This document shows positions 61,763-64,000 of a stretch of 64,000 nucleotides of DNA, in pieces (within the stretch, counting starts at the first letter, position 1; each line of letters starts with the position of its first letter). A model generated the notes under the pieces. It searched no databases. It was not told the DNA's origin and worked only from the letters and a program-made list of their open reading frames with translations. The translations under genes and the position numbers were made by a program. This stretch comes from an uncultured Hyphomicrobiales bacterium (GTDB lineage Bacteria > Bacteroidota > Ignavibacteria > Kapaibacteriales > Kapaibacteriaceae), in assembly GCA_964467455.1 (NCBI GenBank), contig CAYXQJ010000017.1:6520-70519 (forward strand), written 5' to 3'.

Positions 61763-62082
61763 TTTGATTTCGTCCTTTCCAACCACCGCGCCCACCACGG
61801 GCGCGTGAGCTTGGCGATGTAGTGTTTCAGACGTTCGTTCTCGGTGCGCAATTGGTTCAGTTCCAGGTACGCCTTTTCGTACAGTCGCCCCATATCATCG
61901 ATGCGCCGCTTGAGGACTTCACCATCGCGCTTCACTTCTTCGGCATCGACTTCGTACTGCTGCTTCTCGATTCTTTTCGAGCCAGGGCACGTTGCTTCTG
62001 GATGCAACGCGATAGTGATGACATGCAGGTTGCACTGAATGCAACGGTGCGTCTCTGGCGAGATGTCGTGTGTCCGTGTCAT
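61759..62082 (-). CDS. hypothetical protein with coiled-coil C-terminus (107 aa)
   Basis: ATGA overlap at 62079-62082 (MTRTHDISPETHRCIQC). Confidence 0.5.
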   Translation of the reverse strand: MTRTHDISPETHRCIQCNLHVITIALHPEATCPGSKRIEKQQYEVDAEEVKRDGEVLKRRIDDMGRLYEKAYLELNQLRTENERLKHYIAKLTRPWWARWLERTKSK

Positions 62083-62387
62083 TTCCCCGGCCACTCCTTC
62101 TGCGAGAGCAGTTCGTACAGGTCGATTACTTGGCCGATGGTGGTGACGTGGCCGAGGGGGAGTTTGCAAACCGCCACTCGATATGTCACCTCGTCCGCCA
62201 CCAATTCGATGTGCATCGTCGCGGTCCGCCGTGCATTTCGCATCTCGCCAAGCTCTAGGACAATGTATTCGCTCTTCACGTCCAGAATGGGAAGCTCTAG
62301 TTCTCTATCGTCAGGTTCACGCGTCCCCTCCGGCCCGCACTTCAGCAGCAGTTCATTCGTCGGCGGTAGTTCGCGGTCAATTGCCAC
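62079..62387 (-). CDS. hypothetical protein (102 aa)
   Basis: GTG at 62387 with GAGGAG 7 nt upstream. The tracked ORF starts at the GTG at 62420, so the start is uncertain. Confidence 0.45.
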   Translation of the reverse strand: MAIDRELPPTNELLLKCGPEGTREPDDRELELPILDVKSEYIVLELGEMRNARRTATMHIELVADEVTYRVAVCKLPLGHVTTIGQVIDLYELLSQKEWPGK

Positions 62388-62826
62388 TGGCTTGCTCCTC
62401 TTTCTCGATCGATGGGCCACTTCGCAATGCCGGCTTCACCTGGGCATCGTCGTACATCTCTTCGAGAATCGCGTCAGCACCGAACTTGTCGATCTTCCCT
62501 TTCTCGCCAAGTTCCCGGCTATCCACACCAATCAAGTGCGGCATCAACTTGTCAATGAACTCGTGCTTTCTCATTCCTGTGTCAAAGCCGACGCCAAGGT
62601 TTCCGTTGCCCCACTTCTCGAAAGCCAATTCGCCGTCGAGTGCTTCTGGGTAATCCTTGCTGTAGTAGCCATGCTCAAAACTTCCGGGTTCTATCAACTC
62701 GATAGTGAAGCCGCTGCTTCCGTCACAGTTGGTGCAAGGCCCCATCAGCGTCAGTAGGTAAAACGCTCTCTTGGGCGCAGGGAATCGATACCGCGTCCAC
62801 GTGCCAGGGCATCCGCATTCACACAT
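62377..62826 (-). CDS. hypothetical protein with N-terminal Cys cluster (149 aa)
   Basis: MCECGCPG...CTNC. ATG at 62826. Confidence 0.55.
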   Translation of the reverse strand: MCECGCPGTWTRYRFPAPKRAFYLLTLMGPCTNCDGSSGFTIELIEPGSFEHGYYSKDYPEALDGELAFEKWGNGNLGVGFDTGMRKHEFIDKLMPHLIGVDSRELGEKGKIDKFGADAILEEMYDDAQVKPALRSGPSIEKEEQASGN

Positions 62827-63013
62827 GACTAGACTCTCCTTGCTCCTGTTCTTCGATGGCGGCGATGACGAGTTGCGCGAGCGTATGATTTGCCTGCTGT
62901 AGCTCGATCGACCGACGCAGCCAGTCCTCTGTCCGCGAATTGACGAAATCGCCGTAGAGCCACGCGACGGAACTTGCCGCTTCCCGCATCTCGGGGGTTA
63001 CTTCGATTTGCAT
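62819..63013 (-). CDS. hypothetical protein (64 aa)
   Basis: ATG at 63013. Overlaps both neighbours by a few nt. Confidence 0.45.
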   Translation of the reverse strand: MQIEVTPEMREAASSVAWLYGDFVNSRTEDWLRRSIELQQANHTLAQLVIAAIEEQEQGESSHV

Positions 63014-63288
63014 GGGTCGGGGTCCTTTCTAATGCGATACACGGCGTGGCTGTATCGCGTCTCAAACTCAATGCCAATCGCTTTCGGATCGTCGACCTTC
63101 TCCAGGGAATCAGCCAGTGCCATTACTTCGTCATGGTCAGCGGCGACTGTGCGGAGTTCATAAGACGAATCTCCCCTAAGCGGTTGCTTGATCCAGTACG
63201 CCGAGAAAAAAACCGGGTTGCCCTGCTCCCAAAGAAGGTAGCGGTAATGCCCGAAGTCAGGTCTTGTTTCACCGTCCACGTCTCCCAT
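62998..63288 (-). CDS. hypothetical protein (96 aa)
   Basis: ATG at 63288 preceded by GGAGAAAGGAG. The tracked ORF starts at the TTG at 63330. Confidence 0.5.
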   Translation of the reverse strand: MGDVDGETRPDFGHYRYLLWEQGNPVFFSAYWIKQPLRGDSSYELRTVAADHDEVMALADSLEKVDDPKAIGIEFETRYSHAVYRIRKDPDPCKSK

Positions 63289-63322
63289 CTCCTTTCTCCA
63301 CCCGGCACGGGCGGTTAAGTGG

Positions 63323-63580
63323 TTAAACAAACGCGCCGCCTTGAACGCCGTGTTGCTGCAACGCCTTCGATGACATCCATTGGGCCAGAGGCTTGTGCCC
63401 CTTCATCTTGTCGTCAGCCGACGCATAACAAGCAAGTGCGTAGACTCCGCATGGGTGCGGGTTCGAGTTGATGAACTGCTGCAATGCAGCCTGCGGAGAA
63501 CTGGCTGTGACGTATCCGCCGATGCTATCGCCAAAAAACGGCGCCGCGTTTGAACTGCCGTCGATGTAATACTCAATCAT
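63323..63580 (-). CDS. hypothetical protein (85 aa)
   Basis: ATG at 63580 with AGGAG 7 nt upstream (alternative GTG at 63586). Confidence 0.5.
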   Translation of the reverse strand: MIEYYIDGSSNAAPFFGDSIGGYVTASSPQAALQQFINSNPHPCGVYALACYASADDKMKGHKPLAQWMSSKALQQHGVQGGAFV

Positions 63581-63582
63581 CG

Positions 63583-63924
63583 TCACGCTCCTTCCGCCCC
63601 CGGTGTGGGGTCGGGGTTTACGTTCTCTTCAATCGTGTCGCCCTTCTCGCAGTTGCAATCCGGGCACGCAGGTTTCAGATTCTCTTTTGCGTTTGTGCCG
63701 CCCTTTGACTTTGGAATGACATGATCCATCGTCGCCATCTTCTGGTTGTCGGTTGGCTCGCCTTCTGTAAGCTCGCATCCACAGTACGCACATCGCCAGT
63801 CGAAAGCGTCGAGGACAGCCAGTCGCACCCAGCGATTCACTCGCGGGTATCGCTTGCGTGCGCGTCGACGCACCCTGCGAATCAGCGCCTCGGGCGTCAG
63901 TGGATGATATTCGTCAATTGCCAT
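63583..63924 (-). CDS. HNH endonuclease
   Basis: CAYCGCEL...MDHVIPKSKGGTNAKENLKPACPDCNCEKG is the classic HNH (PF01844-type) pattern. Confidence 0.85.
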   Translation of the reverse strand: MAIDEYHPLTPEALIRRVRRRARKRYPRVNRWVRLAVLDAFDWRCAYCGCELTEGEPTDNQKMATMDHVIPKSKGGTNAKENLKPACPDCNCEKGDTIEENVNPDPTPGAEGA

Positions 63925-64000
63925 GAGCGCTCTCTTGCCCCTCCCCGCGCGACGTGGCAGCGAGCGCGGATTCGCATGCCTCTACGATGATTGGCCACTC
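63914..64000 (-). CDS. hypothetical protein, C-terminal fragment entering from the right edge
   Basis: Frame open from nt 64000 (EWPIIVEACESALAATSRGEGQESAHGN) to the TGA at 63916-63914. It overlaps the HNH start by 11 nt, like other junctions in this operon. Confidence 0.3.
   Translation of the reverse strand, partial: EWPIIVEACESALAATSRGEGQESAHGN

Larger units (their letters stand above)
1..64000. mobile_element. phage genome segment (temperate, podovirus-like gene content), larger than the window
   Basis: Terminase, portal, capsid, tail fibre, integrase, recombination, primase-helicase and lysis-like genes fill the window. No long tail tube or tape-measure gene is seen. Partial genes run off both edges. 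Confidence 0.85.

Noticed and set aside
63583-63924. HNH endonuclease as a terminase-associated cos-cleavage partner
   Set aside because: It is about 26 kb from terS/terL in this window, so adjacency-based inference does not apply. The genome ends are unknown.

Overview
The whole 64-kb window reads as GC-rich double-stranded DNA phage sequence from a temperate, podovirus-like phage. No cellular housekeeping genes are visible.

Layout:
- 85-9343 (minus strand): recombination and accessory module. It holds a RecD2-like helicase, a tetrapeptide-repeat protein, a DUF669-like protein, a Red-beta/RecT-like annealing protein, a DnaQ/PolB-type 3'-5' exonuclease, a CsrA-like protein, a tRNA-Thr-like gene and an HNH endonuclease.
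- 9517-11651: integration module. It holds an Xis-like HTH protein, the 3' part of a tRNA-Ser next to a tyrosine integrase (attP-like arrangement), and a small membrane protein.
- 11652-42527 (minus strand): one long virion operon. Reading from high to low coordinates it encodes scaffold, major capsid, decoration-like protein, a glycosyltransferase-methyltransferase fusion, TerS, TerL, portal, tail fibre, tandem paralogous structural proteins, a second fibre or spike, and then low-complexity internal proteins that include a 1194-aa giant.
- 42576-45100: repeat-rich control region where the strand composition switches.
- 45143-53017 (plus strand): about 20 small early genes, an RFC/gamma-like clamp-loader ATPase and a serine recombinase. 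Most of the small genes are preceded by a conserved hairpin / CACTAC box / GGGAGAT / ATG cassette.
- 52884-57640 (minus strand): lysis-like operon with a papain-like peptidase, a Cys-rich lipoprotein and membrane proteins.
- 57773-58015: a second CsrA-like gene.
- 58016-58498: AT-rich, repeat-rich intergenic region.
- 58499-61285: TOPRIM primase plus SF3 helicase.
- 61334-64000: small genes ending with a second HNH endonuclease.

Start codons: the ORF track writes GTG and TTG starts as M. Several starts were re-picked using Shine-Dalgarno spacing and ATGA/TGATG/GTGA stop-start overlaps, which are very common here.

Functional calls rest on motifs I can read in the translations. No database search was possible. 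Most virion proteins are called by position and size only.

Best leads for something new:
- the repeated leader cassette, which resembles T7-group promoter cores;
- two phage CsrA-like proteins together with an SD-sequestering helix;
- two origin-like repeat regions (44.3-45.0 kb and 58.0-58.5 kb);
- the GT-MT fusion inside the head operon.
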